DNA of 64,000 nt, taken from NCBI GenBank assembly GCA_965198235.1, contig OZ240248.1, positions 3,712,001-3,776,000 on the forward strand, given 5' to 3'. The notes under the pieces are model-generated. The model did no database searches. It was given only the letters and a program-made list of their open reading frames with translations, and was not told the origin of the DNA. The translations under genes were made by a program, and so were the position numbers. The DNA is from Candidatus Poribacteria bacterium. Its GTDB lineage: Bacteria; Poribacteria; WGA-4E; WGA-3G. Shown in pieces: positions 19,312 to 28,838 of this stretch (position 1 is its first letter; each line of letters starts with the position of its first letter).

Positions 19312-20289
19312 ATGAAAAAGGTGGGAACCAGCATTTGGCAGGCGGCGATAAAAATCTGTATTGGTATATGTTTTATCGCGCTGTCGAATATTACATGGGC
19401 AGATGGGCATCTCCAAATCATAGAAAAGGAGAAGAAGCTTGTCTTAAAGGGTAAAATCTCTGAAGCCCTCGGTGAATACGATGCACATTTGAAGGGAGCT
19501 GTTGAATACCTCGTTTGCGGACGCAACGGCAAGGAATATGAGAGCATTATTGTCGTCGAGGCAACGGCCAAGGAAATTTACGACGCACTTGAAAAACTCG
19601 GTGTTGCGGTAGGTACGCCTCCCGGCTATGACGAAGAAAAAGATGAACCGACACCACCAAAGGGAACCGCGTTTAATATTTATGTTGAATGGAAAGTTGG
19701 CGATTCTTCTGATAAAGGGAAAAAAGTTCGTGCCGAAGAGCTAATTTCCAATGTAAAAACCCAGAAGCCGATGTCGCATGTTACTTGGATCTATTCCGGT
19801 TCACGGATAGTAGCAGACTTGGATAGCGATGATGAAGACGCGATGATCCCGCAGGCGTTTATGAGTAATGACATTGTTGCTTTGAAGCGGTTTGATGCCA
19901 GCGCGCTCTTCCAGAATCCGCTTCCCGAATCGGAAGAGGAGAACATCTATAAAAAGAACGATGCCTTGCTGCCAAAACTCGGGACCCCTGTTATGCTCAC
20001 GATTGAGGTTAACCGGAAAATGCAACTGTATGTGCTAATCACCGGCAGGGTGCAAGGCGTAGGATTCCGCAATTTCACACAACGCAACGCACGACAGCTC
20101 GGCGTTAACGGCTATGCCAAAAACCTATCAAACGGCAAAGTCGAGGTCGTCGCAGAGGGTGATAAGACACAGCTGGATGCGTTGGTCGTCTTGTTAAGGG
20201 AGGGACCGCGCTATGCGAAGGTTGATTCGCTTGAGATTGACGAACGTCCTTTCACTGGGGAATATGAGACTTTCGGCGTTCGGTATTGA
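19312..20289 (+). CDS. Exported YdjY-like domain fused to acylphosphatase
   Basis: Signal peptide; EYLVC...KEYES (YdjY-like); C-terminal GRVQGVGFR and KNLSNGKVE acylphosphatase motifs; AGGAG RBS. Confidence 0.8.
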   Translation: MKKVGTSIWQAAIKICIGICFIALSNITWADGHLQIIEKEKKLVLKGKISEALGEYDAHLKGAVEYLVCGRNGKEYESIIVVEATAKEIYDALEKLGVAVGTPPGYDEEKDEPTPPKGTAFNIYVEWKVGDSSDKGKKVRAEELISNVKTQKPMSHVTWIYSGSRIVADLDSDDEDAMIPQAFMSNDIVALKRFDASALFQNPLPESEEENIYKKNDALLPKLGTPVMLTIEVNRKMQLYVLITGRVQGVGFRNFTQRNARQLGVNGYAKNLSNGKVEVVAEGDKTQLDALVVLLREGPRYAKVDSLEIDERPFTGEYETFGVRY

Positions 20290-20292
20290 ATC

Positions 20293-20928
20293 ATGACGCA
20301 TACGACACCCTGTAGCACACCGCTTGCAAGTGCATATCAAAAAAACATATCGGGAATTCTTCTCGCAGCAGGGCTCTCCACTCGGATGGGAGAACCGAAG
20401 CAACTACTCCGTTTTGGGGAGAGCACTATTGTTGAGACCGTGGTGGACAGTATGCTTGGTGCCACGTTTGATGAGGTTATCGTCGTTGTCGGACATTGCG
20501 CAGCGCAGATTCAAGAACAACTGGCGGAGCGTCCTGTCAAAATCGTTTTTAACCCTGACTATCACGATGGTATGCTGACCTCGGCGCAGGCTGGTATACG
20601 GGCACTGAATGTAAGTGATGCGTTCGCGCTCATGCTGGTCGACCAACCTTTTATCACCTCTGCGTTAATCGATCAGGTTATTGATGCCTATATAGGAACG
20701 GACAAACGGATTGCCTTACCGAGTTATAATTATAAACGGGGTCATCCAGTTGTCTTCCATCGGCGGTATGCTGACGATATTCTTGCCTTGGGAGCGGAGA
20801 GCGGCGGCGTGCGGACGCTCTTCAAAAGGTATGGCGACGATATTCATTATGTTACAGTCGATACAGACCGGGTGCTACGGGATATAGATTATCGTGAAGA
20901 TTATGAACGCGCCCTGCAGGAAAATTGA
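20293..20928 (+). CDS. Molybdenum cofactor cytidylyltransferase-like (MocA/MobA NTP transferase)
   Basis: LAAGLSTRMG.PKQLL, DQP, GHPV, DID. Confidence 0.9.
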   Translation: MTHTTPCSTPLASAYQKNISGILLAAGLSTRMGEPKQLLRFGESTIVETVVDSMLGATFDEVIVVVGHCAAQIQEQLAERPVKIVFNPDYHDGMLTSAQAGIRALNVSDAFALMLVDQPFITSALIDQVIDAYIGTDKRIALPSYNYKRGHPVVFHRRYADDILALGAESGGVRTLFKRYGDDIHYVTVDTDRVLRDIDYREDYERALQEN

Positions 20929-20967
20929 AAGGTTGTCATGTAAACGCATGAGGGAGGGATAAAAAAC

Positions 20968-21639
20968 ATGAAAGAATCTCACAAAGACACGCCAAAAATT
21001 CCTGAGTCCATACCTACCACGATGACGTTAGCGGAATTTCTTGAGAACGACGTTCCGGGATATGAATACAGTGAAGGCAAATTAGTCCTGAAGTCACCGC
21101 CAACAGCTCCTAAGTCCATACCTACCACGATGACATTAGCGGAATTTCTTGAGAGCGATATTCCGGGATATGAATACGCGAAAGGAGAATTAATACCGAT
21201 GTCCCCAGCGACGAGAAGACATGGTAAAACTAGTATCAGCGTCATTCGATATTTGGATCGGTATGTCTACGAAAATGGGCTGGGGGAATTGTATACCGCG
21301 GAGACGATATTCCAGGTTGGAGAACGTGTGATGAAGCCGGACGTTGCGTTCGTTTCAACCGCCCACCTGGATGTCGATGAAGACAAAGGGTTGCCGATAC
21401 CGCCCGACCTGGCGATTGAAGTGATCTCTCCAACAGATGTTCACTACCGTATTGTCCGCAAGGCGTTCGACTATCTGGATGCAGGGACCCGCCTCGTCTG
21501 GGTACTGGACCCTGTCGCCAAAGCGGTGACGGTGTATCGTTCTAAAAGCGACATTGAGATACTTACGCACGAAGCCACGTTGACAGGTGAGGATGTCGTG
21601 CCGGGGTTTGCGTGTCCCGTGGGACAACTGTTTGAATGA
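20968..21639 (+). CDS. Uma2 family endonuclease with duplicated N-terminal segment
   Basis: PDVAF, PDLAIEVISP, LVWVLDP; 108-bp-period duplication at 21001/21109. Confidence 0.92.
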   Translation: MKESHKDTPKIPESIPTTMTLAEFLENDVPGYEYSEGKLVLKSPPTAPKSIPTTMTLAEFLESDIPGYEYAKGELIPMSPATRRHGKTSISVIRYLDRYVYENGLGELYTAETIFQVGERVMKPDVAFVSTAHLDVDEDKGLPIPPDLAIEVISPTDVHYRIVRKAFDYLDAGTRLVWVLDPVAKAVTVYRSKSDIEILTHEATLTGEDVVPGFACPVGQLFE

Positions 21640-21816
21640 CGTGTTAAAGGGGGGACGGGTGCTGTGGCGGTGGCCCGCATAATAATATTGACAATTCAAA
21701 GTGTGAGCAGGGAGTACGACGGCTTTCTAACCTTACAGGTTCCTAATGGGTTGGAACGGATCGGAAACCTGCCCGAAACGAAGTGGAGGGCAGCGCGAAA
21801 GCCGATCATTTAAAAA

Positions 21817-22689
21817 ATGTTCACATCCATCGAAAATATTCAAGCTACATGTGCAAAACATGCGTATATCGCAGATAAAGGTCTGGCGACAACCCTCTAT
21901 CTCGCGCATCATCTCAAGAAACCCATTTTTCTTGAAGGCGAACCCGGTGTCGGCAAAACTGAAGTCGCTAAGGTACTTGCGGATTCAACAGGCGCGAAAC
22001 TCATCCGGTTGCAGTGTTATGAAGGCTTGGATGCAAACAGCGCATTGTACGAATGGAACTACACGCGACAAATTTTGCAACTTCGCATTGATGAAGCGCG
22101 CGGGCGAGAGAAAGAAAACATCGGTACGGATCTGTTTAGCGAAGCGTTTCTGTTGAAACGTCCTTTGCTGGAGGCTATCCAGAGCGATGGTGATGTGCCG
22201 CCTGTCTTACTCATCGATGAGGTAGACCGGAGCGACAGTGAATTTGAGGCGTTTCTACTCGAGATCTTGTCTGATTTCCAGATTACCATCCCGGAAATCG
22301 GTACGATTCAAGCAAAACATATTCCCTATGTTGTGCTAACCTCAAACCGGACGCGGGAGGTCCATGAGGCACTCAAACGCCGTTGCCTCTATCAGTGGAT
22401 CGATTATCCCACTGTGGAGAAGGAGTTGGCAATTATTCAGGCGAAGCTGCCGCAGATTGATGAACACCTCGCGCAACAGTTATGTGGGATGATGCAACTC
22501 TGGCGGCAAGGGGATTACTATAAGAAACCGGGTGTTGCGGAAACCTTAGATTGGGCATTGGCACTCGTGGCACTTGGTAAAGCGCAACTGGATGCAGATG
22601 TCGTTGCTGAGACACTTGGTTGTGTCTTCAAATATCAGGACGATATCCAACGCGCACGCACAGTAGAATTATCTGAATTGGGATTATAA
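21817..22689 (+). CDS. MoxR-family AAA+ ATPase (CoxD-like)
   Basis: GEPGVGKT, RLQCYEG, LLIDEVDR, TSNRTRE, ALKRRC. Confidence 0.93.
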   Translation: MFTSIENIQATCAKHAYIADKGLATTLYLAHHLKKPIFLEGEPGVGKTEVAKVLADSTGAKLIRLQCYEGLDANSALYEWNYTRQILQLRIDEARGREKENIGTDLFSEAFLLKRPLLEAIQSDGDVPPVLLIDEVDRSDSEFEAFLLEILSDFQITIPEIGTIQAKHIPYVVLTSNRTREVHEALKRRCLYQWIDYPTVEKELAIIQAKLPQIDEHLAQQLCGMMQLWRQGDYYKKPGVAETLDWALALVALGKAQLDADVVAETLGCVFKYQDDIQRARTVELSELGL

Positions 22690-22779
22690 TTGAGGAGGAA
22701 AGGATGTCATCTCAAGAGTGTTTAGTACTTATTGCATATTTTAATTTTCTTATCGTACCCAAAACTAAACACGAAAACC

Positions 22780-23028
22780 GAGTTCCTGCTAAGATAGATA
22801 TCGGACTCAAGCCCCATAGGGTTGAAAAGGTTGGACGCTCTACGACACACCCACGCTTGAAATTGAAGGACTTACTGGCTCAAGAATCAGGTAGACGGTG
22901 TTATCCGAGTGGATCAGGTTAAGAGCCTTGATTGGCGTGCAAGAGAGGTTAAATATTTATGTTATTTACCCGATGAAATAGTGGAGGCAGTCTCCGACAA
23001 AATAGAAGCAATAATATGGGGCGAGTAA
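22780..23028 (+). pseudogene. Deleted mazEF-type toxin-antitoxin remnant
   Basis: RLKLKDLLAQ (MazE-like C-terminus) abuts, in another frame from 22885, NQVDGVIRVDQVKSLDWRAR...IEAIIWGE* (MazF/PemK C-terminus). Confidence 0.75.
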
Positions 23029-23072
23029 TTAGTTTCCATGGATAACTTCAATCAGACTTGTGGAAAAAACTT

Positions 23073-24797
23073 ATGAATCAAAATAAAAGAGACCAGCGTG
23101 TTAAAACAGAGATTTTTAGAGGGATTGGTTATCTTCTCTTGGTAGGTGCGGCGTTTTGTACGATGATACCGATGCTATGGCTATTGACCTCCTCTTTTAA
23201 AACCGCCAACGAAATTTTCGCTGTCCCTATTCAGTGGTTTCCTAATCTGCCCCCGCGCGTCGCATCATCGCCTTATATTGTCGAAGATGCCTATCCTAAG
23301 ATTAAAAAACCGATGGCGGTGGATGAAGCGGAGTGGAAAACCCTGCAACCCCAACTCACACAAATAGTTTGGTCTGAGACACAGGCACACATCGCAGCGA
23401 ATGCGAAGCTTTCCAATTATGTCTCGTCCGAAGGATTGCAAACCGAAATAATAGAGGGTTTATGGCAACAACTGGTCGCAGGGTTGCCAGACGAAGTCTG
23501 GAACGGCACAACGGATTCGGTTACTGCGGCGGTGCGAAAGGCTATTATTCCTGAAGCGGTTGATACGATCTGGGGGTCAGTGTATCGCGAAGTTGCGATT
23601 GGGACACTCCAGATAGAGGACCTTGACTTCAATCGCACACCGATTGAAGTTGTGAACTGGGAAGCAGAGACAGGCACGCGTATACGCACGTCAGACGATC
23701 TCCAGACGGCTGCAAGTCTATCCTACAATTTTCAAGGCAGTAACACCGTTCGTATGACGGCGGCTATTTCCTCCCCTATTTCGATTGAGCGGATTCGGCG
23801 TATTACCCTTCCTGTGCGTGGAGATGCCTCGTATCACCGTCTCTCTTTAACTGTGTTTGTGCCGAAGTCTGGAATGGATGCTGGCAGCACGAACAATGGC
23901 AGTACATATCAACCGATACGTTCTTTCGTTTTAGGGAGCGCGTTGTGGACAGATTCGGTCTGGCGACTGCACGGCATCCCTGGTGAGTTGGAGTCGTCAC
24001 ACATCACGATGCAGAAAGTAGAAACGAACCTCGCATCCCAAGCTACAGTGGAAGCAGGAAATGGAAGTCAATTGTTCCTGCAATTAACGATTCATCAACC
24101 GGCTTACCTGTCAATTGTGTGGGATAAGTTCACATCAAACTATCGGAATCTGTGGAAGACGGTGCCGTATAATCGGTATTTTGTCAACAGTATTTTCATT
24201 GCGACCGCGTCGACGCTTCTCACGCTGTTTTTCTGCTCACTCGGAGGCTATGCGTTTGCGAAGTATCAATTCCGCGGTCAGAAAATTCTGTTCGGTATCC
24301 TCCTCGCTTCTATGATGGTGCCTTTTCAGGTGTTGCTTGTTCCGTTGTTTGGGTTGATGTATGATATCGGCTGGCTCAATAGTTACAAGGCGATTATCAT
24401 CCCGTTTTCGGTCGGCGCGTTCGGGGTATTTCTAATGCGTCAATTCATTGTCACGATTCCGTCTGACCTACTGGATGCGGCGCGTATTGATGGCTGTTCC
24501 GAGTTCGGCATCTATTACCGGGTTGTGCTACCGATTATCAAGCCCGCCCTCGGTGCGTTGACGATCTATTCGTTCTTGGGTTCATGGAACGGTTACCTCT
24601 GGCCCCTCATCATTTTACGGGATGAGGTGAAATACACGCTACCGATCGGCTTAGCGAATCTCGTGGGTATCTATCGTCAAGATTACGGAATGTTGATGGC
24701 GGGAACACTGCTATCACTTATGCCGATTGTTATTTTGTTTTTAGCGATGCAACGTGAATTTGTGCAGGGGATTACTTTAGGAGGGGTCAAGGAGTAA
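23073..24797 (+). CDS. Carbohydrate ABC permease (MalG-type) with large extracytoplasmic insertion
   Basis: TM1 + SFKT, ~320-aa soluble insert, then NS..., EAA loop DAARIDG, QREFVQG. Confidence 0.9.
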   Translation: MNQNKRDQRVKTEIFRGIGYLLLVGAAFCTMIPMLWLLTSSFKTANEIFAVPIQWFPNLPPRVASSPYIVEDAYPKIKKPMAVDEAEWKTLQPQLTQIVWSETQAHIAANAKLSNYVSSEGLQTEIIEGLWQQLVAGLPDEVWNGTTDSVTAAVRKAIIPEAVDTIWGSVYREVAIGTLQIEDLDFNRTPIEVVNWEAETGTRIRTSDDLQTAASLSYNFQGSNTVRMTAAISSPISIERIRRITLPVRGDASYHRLSLTVFVPKSGMDAGSTNNGSTYQPIRSFVLGSALWTDSVWRLHGIPGELESSHITMQKVETNLASQATVEAGNGSQLFLQLTIHQPAYLSIVWDKFTSNYRNLWKTVPYNRYFVNSIFIATASTLLTLFFCSLGGYAFAKYQFRGQKILFGILLASMMVPFQVLLVPLFGLMYDIGWLNSYKAIIIPFSVGAFGVFLMRQFIVTIPSDLLDAARIDGCSEFGIYYRVVLPIIKPALGALTIYSFLGSWNGYLWPLIILRDEVKYTLPIGLANLVGIYRQDYGMLMAGTLLSLMPIVILFLAMQREFVQGITLGGVKE

Positions 24798-24801
24798 GGA
24801 A

Positions 24802-25113
24802 ATGTCAGATTACACAACAGTCACGAAAACGTCAGCCATCCGAGAGGGACGTGGAAAAGCATTTACCGTCAACGGAAGGCGAGTCGCCATTTTCAATGAG
24901 GGTGGCGAATTCTGTGCTGTGGACAATACTTGTCCGCATGCTATGGGGTCCCTCGGTAGGGGTAGAATCCGAAACGGTGTTGCTGTGTGTCCGGTTCACG
25001 GCTACGCATACAATACAAAAACGGGTGAGTGCCAGACCGACCCGCGCCTCCGCATCAGAACGTATCCAGTAATTGTCGAAGATGAGGAGATCAAGGTGGA
25101 GGTGAAACAGTGA
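24802..25113 (+). CDS. Rieske [2Fe-2S] ferredoxin
   Basis: CPH...CPVHG. Confidence 0.92.
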   Translation: MSDYTTVTKTSAIREGRGKAFTVNGRRVAIFNEGGEFCAVDNTCPHAMGSLGRGRIRNGVAVCPVHGYAYNTKTGECQTDPRLRIRTYPVIVEDEEIKVEVKQ

Positions 25114-25268
25114 AGCAAATCCGTGTACGTCGCACCCTTTTCGCTCCAGGTCTTTGACGGATTTGCTTGCCAAAAAGCCTTTTTGGAAGTAACACTTTGG
25201 AAAAACTTGTTGCGGCGGAAATAGAACGTAGAACGGATTAATGTGTCACATCTTTGTTGGAGACGACC

Positions 25269-26678
25269 CTAAAAGTCTGTACTGACACCTACCATGAACG
25301 AAGTTTTGTGGATCGGTTCAAATTGGGAGATTCCCTCTGCTGTTTCAACGCGGCGGAATGTGTATTCACGAGTAACAATCGTTACAACCGGCGGAAAAAC
25401 TTCGTAGCGGACCTCCATACTGAATGCTGATTTTTCATCTAAATCGAACAGATCTCCGAAGAAGTTCGTCTCCCCATCCTCGCCAATATCACGTTTTGTA
25501 TAGAATGCCCGTAGCGAAAGACGTGGCACTAACCCCGACTCTGTCACCGCCATGTAGAGTTTAGGTTCAGTGTTCGTATAATCCTCGAATGTCCCCATGA
25601 AATGAATTTGTGGCATCGGATGCCAGATAAGTTGTGAGAAAAAACCGCGTCTCGGTTCAGTGTTTGTCGCCAATCCCAAAAATTGGGGCATGTCTGGTTC
25701 CGGGGATAACGATTTCGCGGATTCATAGGTATAATCAAACACGGAAGGGATATAGCCATCTCCAAACGTGCGATACTCTACTTTGAAAAGGGTTTGGGTG
25801 AAAGAGAATCCAACACCAACGGCGTTGCCCCATGCGAGATTAGTTGTTACGCTGTTTTCTTCTGTAAGCGCAATTTCTGCCTGTGTGTTTTCTTCAGATA
25901 ATGTATTAAGAAAAGCGATGTCGTCATAGAGATCCAGTCGAAACGTGCTTGTCTCAATAATTGGGAATCCCACATCAAATCCGACGGCACTCAACGGGTC
26001 TTCTCCCTCTTCTTGTAAATTCGGGTTGATGTCTGTGAGATAGGTTGCCCCGAGTTCAAACCGCGTCAGAAAGTTATTGTTTTCAGGGCGTTGAAACGGA
26101 CGCAGGAAAGCACGGCCTCCGAAGATTGTGGGATTACCAATGTCGTTCATCATCGTTTCAACGCCGAAACGGTTTTCTGAATTTCTGAGGTTCAGGCGTA
26201 TCCCGCGTCGGTCGTAGTTAGAATAACCGGACATGATTGAACCGTGTCCAATCGTTAGGTAATCCAATTCTCCGATGCGAAAATGGAAGGGATCGTAGGG
26301 CTGACCGTAGCGAATGTAACGAATCAGCCTTAGCCAAGTGCTTGGATCGTCCCATGCTTCGCCGTCCTCGGCGAGTATTTGGGGTTCGGTGCCTTCTGCA
26401 TACGGATTATAGAGCAGAATTAAGTCTAACCCAATGCCTACTTTTCCAAGGGGTATATCCGGCTGAAGTTGAAGTCGAACGTATGCATCGCCGTTAATGA
26501 AGGTTAGACCTCCTCCGTACAATCCGGTTGTCAGGAAGTCAGGTTGTTCCAGTGTGGTTAGGGCACTGTCTTCTTCGGCGAGGGTGGAAGTCGGTAGAAT
26601 GAAGAGAAGAATTATAGTTCCGATTATTGGTGCAAAGATACCTCTTCCGCAATATGCGATGCCGTTATTTCTGTTCAT
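25269..26678 (-). CDS. Hypothetical outer-membrane beta-barrel protein
   Basis: Signal peptide, IRYIRYG and GHG.IM.GYSN motifs, amphipathic strands, terminal Phe. Confidence 0.7.
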   Translation of the reverse strand: MNRNNGIAYCGRGIFAPIIGTIILLFILPTSTLAEEDSALTTLEQPDFLTTGLYGGGLTFINGDAYVRLQLQPDIPLGKVGIGLDLILLYNPYAEGTEPQILAEDGEAWDDPSTWLRLIRYIRYGQPYDPFHFRIGELDYLTIGHGSIMSGYSNYDRRGIRLNLRNSENRFGVETMMNDIGNPTIFGGRAFLRPFQRPENNNFLTRFELGATYLTDINPNLQEEGEDPLSAVGFDVGFPIIETSTFRLDLYDDIAFLNTLSEENTQAEIALTEENSVTTNLAWGNAVGVGFSFTQTLFKVEYRTFGDGYIPSVFDYTYESAKSLSPEPDMPQFLGLATNTEPRRGFFSQLIWHPMPQIHFMGTFEDYTNTEPKLYMAVTESGLVPRLSLRAFYTKRDIGEDGETNFFGDLFDLDEKSAFSMEVRYEVFPPVVTIVTREYTFRRVETAEGISQFEPIHKTSFMVGVSTDF

Positions 26679-27349
26679 GTGGTGAGAATCCTTCCATCTT
26701 TCATCTGAATGACACGATCGGCGTTCTCTTTTAATCCTTCGTGATGCGTCACAATAGCGATAGTGGTTTGGTGTTCTTGGCGCAGTTCTTGAATAAGGTT
26801 CATCAGGTTGTCACTCTGGCGACTGTCGAGGTTGGCGGTAGGTTCATCTGCGAAGATGATTTTCGGACGGTTGGCGAGGGCACGCGCAAAAGAAACGCGT
26901 TGTTTTTCACCACCGGAGAGTTGGGCAGGACGATGGTGAAGCCGTTCTCTCAAGCCGACTTGTGTGAGTAGTTCCGTCGCACGGCTCTCTGCTTCGGCGG
27001 TTTTCGTTCGGGCGAGATCCATGGCGACCATAACGTTTTCAAGTGCTGTGAGATAGGGTAACAGGTGGAACAGTTGAAAGACAAATCCGATCTTTTCACG
27101 ACGAATGCCGCTCAAGTCTTGTGCTTCAGGGTCAATCGGTTCACCATCAATTTGGAGTCCCCCGGCATCCGGCGTTAAAATACAACCGAGAAGACTGATG
27201 AGCGTTGTCTTTCCACAACCGCTGTCTCCCATCAGCATCACCAGTTCACCCTCTTCAATTCGGATATCAACCGAATCAACAGCGACAACGGTGGCATCGC
27301 CACTGCCAAAACGTTTCGTTAAGCCTGTTCCTTCTACTATTGCCGCCAT
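26675..27349 (-). CDS. ABC ATP-binding protein (LolD/MacB-like)
   Basis: [28 protein letters not shown]. Confidence 0.95.
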   Translation of the reverse strand: MAAIVEGTGLTKRFGSGDATVVAVDSVDIRIEEGELVMLMGDSGCGKTTLISLLGCILTPDAGGLQIDGEPIDPEAQDLSGIRREKIGFVFQLFHLLPYLTALENVMVAMDLARTKTAEAESRATELLTQVGLRERLHHRPAQLSGGEKQRVSFARALANRPKIIFADEPTANLDSRQSDNLMNLIQELRQEHQTTIAIVTHHEGLKENADRVIQMKDGRILTT

Positions 27350-27466
27350 TTTGTATTACCTCTTAGATCGGAGTTGGAGCCGTTCTCTGATTCAAATATT
27401 TCTCTTCTTAACTGCGAACACATCCCCAAACCCAGTTGCGAATTAACCAGACACCTGCGCGAAATG

Positions 27467-27546
27467 AAATTAGGTTTCCTTAAATGGCATAATTTGTCTT
27501 TGCTTTACATTTGGAGCACCGCCCAGGAGCTTAATAACTTAAAAAA
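27467..27546. repeat. Copy of composite intergenic repeat
   Basis: CGAAATGAAATTAGGTTTCCTTAAATGGCATAATTT...GCTTTACATTTGGAG matches reverse complement of ~5982-6078. Confidence 0.8.
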
Positions 27547-28677
27547 TTAGATTTCACCGCGGAATGCAATCATCGGATCGACTGTAATTGCTTTACGCGC
27601 TGCCAGATACCCGCTGCCACAACACACAATGAAACTGATGCACGCAACGATGATTGATTCGACGAAGTGAATCGCAACGAAAATCGGTGCCGCCGCCGCG
27701 AACACATACGACAAGGTGAGCCCAAGTAGCACGCCGACAGTGGAGATTAGGATAACCTGTTTGAGTAGAAGTCCCATCACATAGCCGTTTGAACCTCCGA
27801 TAGCCTTTAGTACACCGATTTCTTGTGTCTTTTCGAGCATCGTCACATAGGTAATCATCCCGACGAGGATGCCTGCTGCTAACCACAACATTACCCGTAG
27901 GAATTGCACAGCCTTCATCGGTTCGTCAACATAGTACTCAATGATGTTCCCAAGTGTCTGTTTTAAGGTGCGTGCTTCAATCGTTTCTAAGGCATCGTAA
28001 TCACGGGTTATCTCAGTTAAGGACAGATTCTTATTGGTTTTGGCAATCATCATGTTAACATGTGGGGTGTTTCCGAGTAGAAGTTTTTGAGCGATGCGGA
28101 CATCCATGAAGAGCAGCGGTGTATCCAAGACGAACATCAGACTTTTGGTCTTGCCAACAACTCGAACCTTTTCGTTGCTGAGGGTGATTTGCTGTCCAAT
28201 TTCCAGTCCCATTTTCTCGTCAACGACCACTTCATAGGGAACAGGATCCTCAGGTCTATAATCTTCAAAATTGCTTGGGGTGAACATTCTTCCCTCAATA
28301 GTTTGCTTAGGACCGCCAAGTTGCCCCAATTTATAGCCGACAACAATCGCCTTAGTGGATTTCCCATCGACTGCCGGACGTGCTTGTGCGAAAACCAGAG
28401 GTGACGCAGAATCCGGGACTAAGCCTTGCCCTGAGTTCAGAAACACCATGTATTCCTCAACGACGAGGGAGAAACCGATGAACGCACCACCGGAACCCTC
28501 TGCCGAGATCCAAAGGTCTGCCCCAGTGGATTCGACGTATTGCCGCGCTTGAATGCGCATACCGTTCATGATGCCACCTAACAGCAGTATCAATGAGATG
28601 AGTACGGTGATGCCGAGTGTTGTGAGTACAACTCTCGCTTGCCGATACCGCATGTCCTTGAGGAATAGCGTTTTCAT
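27547..28677 (-). CDS. FtsX/MacB-like ABC permease
   Basis: One TM + periplasmic domain + 3 TM; EIGVLKAIG; VDPMIAFR. Confidence 0.92.
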   Translation of the reverse strand: MKTLFLKDMRYRQARVVLTTLGITVLISLILLLGGIMNGMRIQARQYVESTGADLWISAEGSGGAFIGFSLVVEEYMVFLNSGQGLVPDSASPLVFAQARPAVDGKSTKAIVVGYKLGQLGGPKQTIEGRMFTPSNFEDYRPEDPVPYEVVVDEKMGLEIGQQITLSNEKVRVVGKTKSLMFVLDTPLLFMDVRIAQKLLLGNTPHVNMMIAKTNKNLSLTEITRDYDALETIEARTLKQTLGNIIEYYVDEPMKAVQFLRVMLWLAAGILVGMITYVTMLEKTQEIGVLKAIGGSNGYVMGLLLKQVILISTVGVLLGLTLSYVFAAAAPIFVAIHFVESIIVACISFIVCCGSGYLAARKAITVDPMIAFRGEI

Positions 28678-28838
28678 GTTTTTAATTTTCCTTGCGGTTC
28701 GACGAACGGCGGTTTTTTGGGGAACGTGTCTTTGCGTAATCCAGCCCGGCCCGTTGGTTGGGCTTACCGTTTTTTGAATTAGAGGGAAAAGAATACAATT
28801 CTAACAAATATTGTTTGATCTCGGCGGAAATCCAATAA

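Noticed and set aside
21001-21195. DGR template/variable repeat pair
   Set aside because: Adjacent in-frame copies, differences not restricted to adenines, no reverse transcriptase in window
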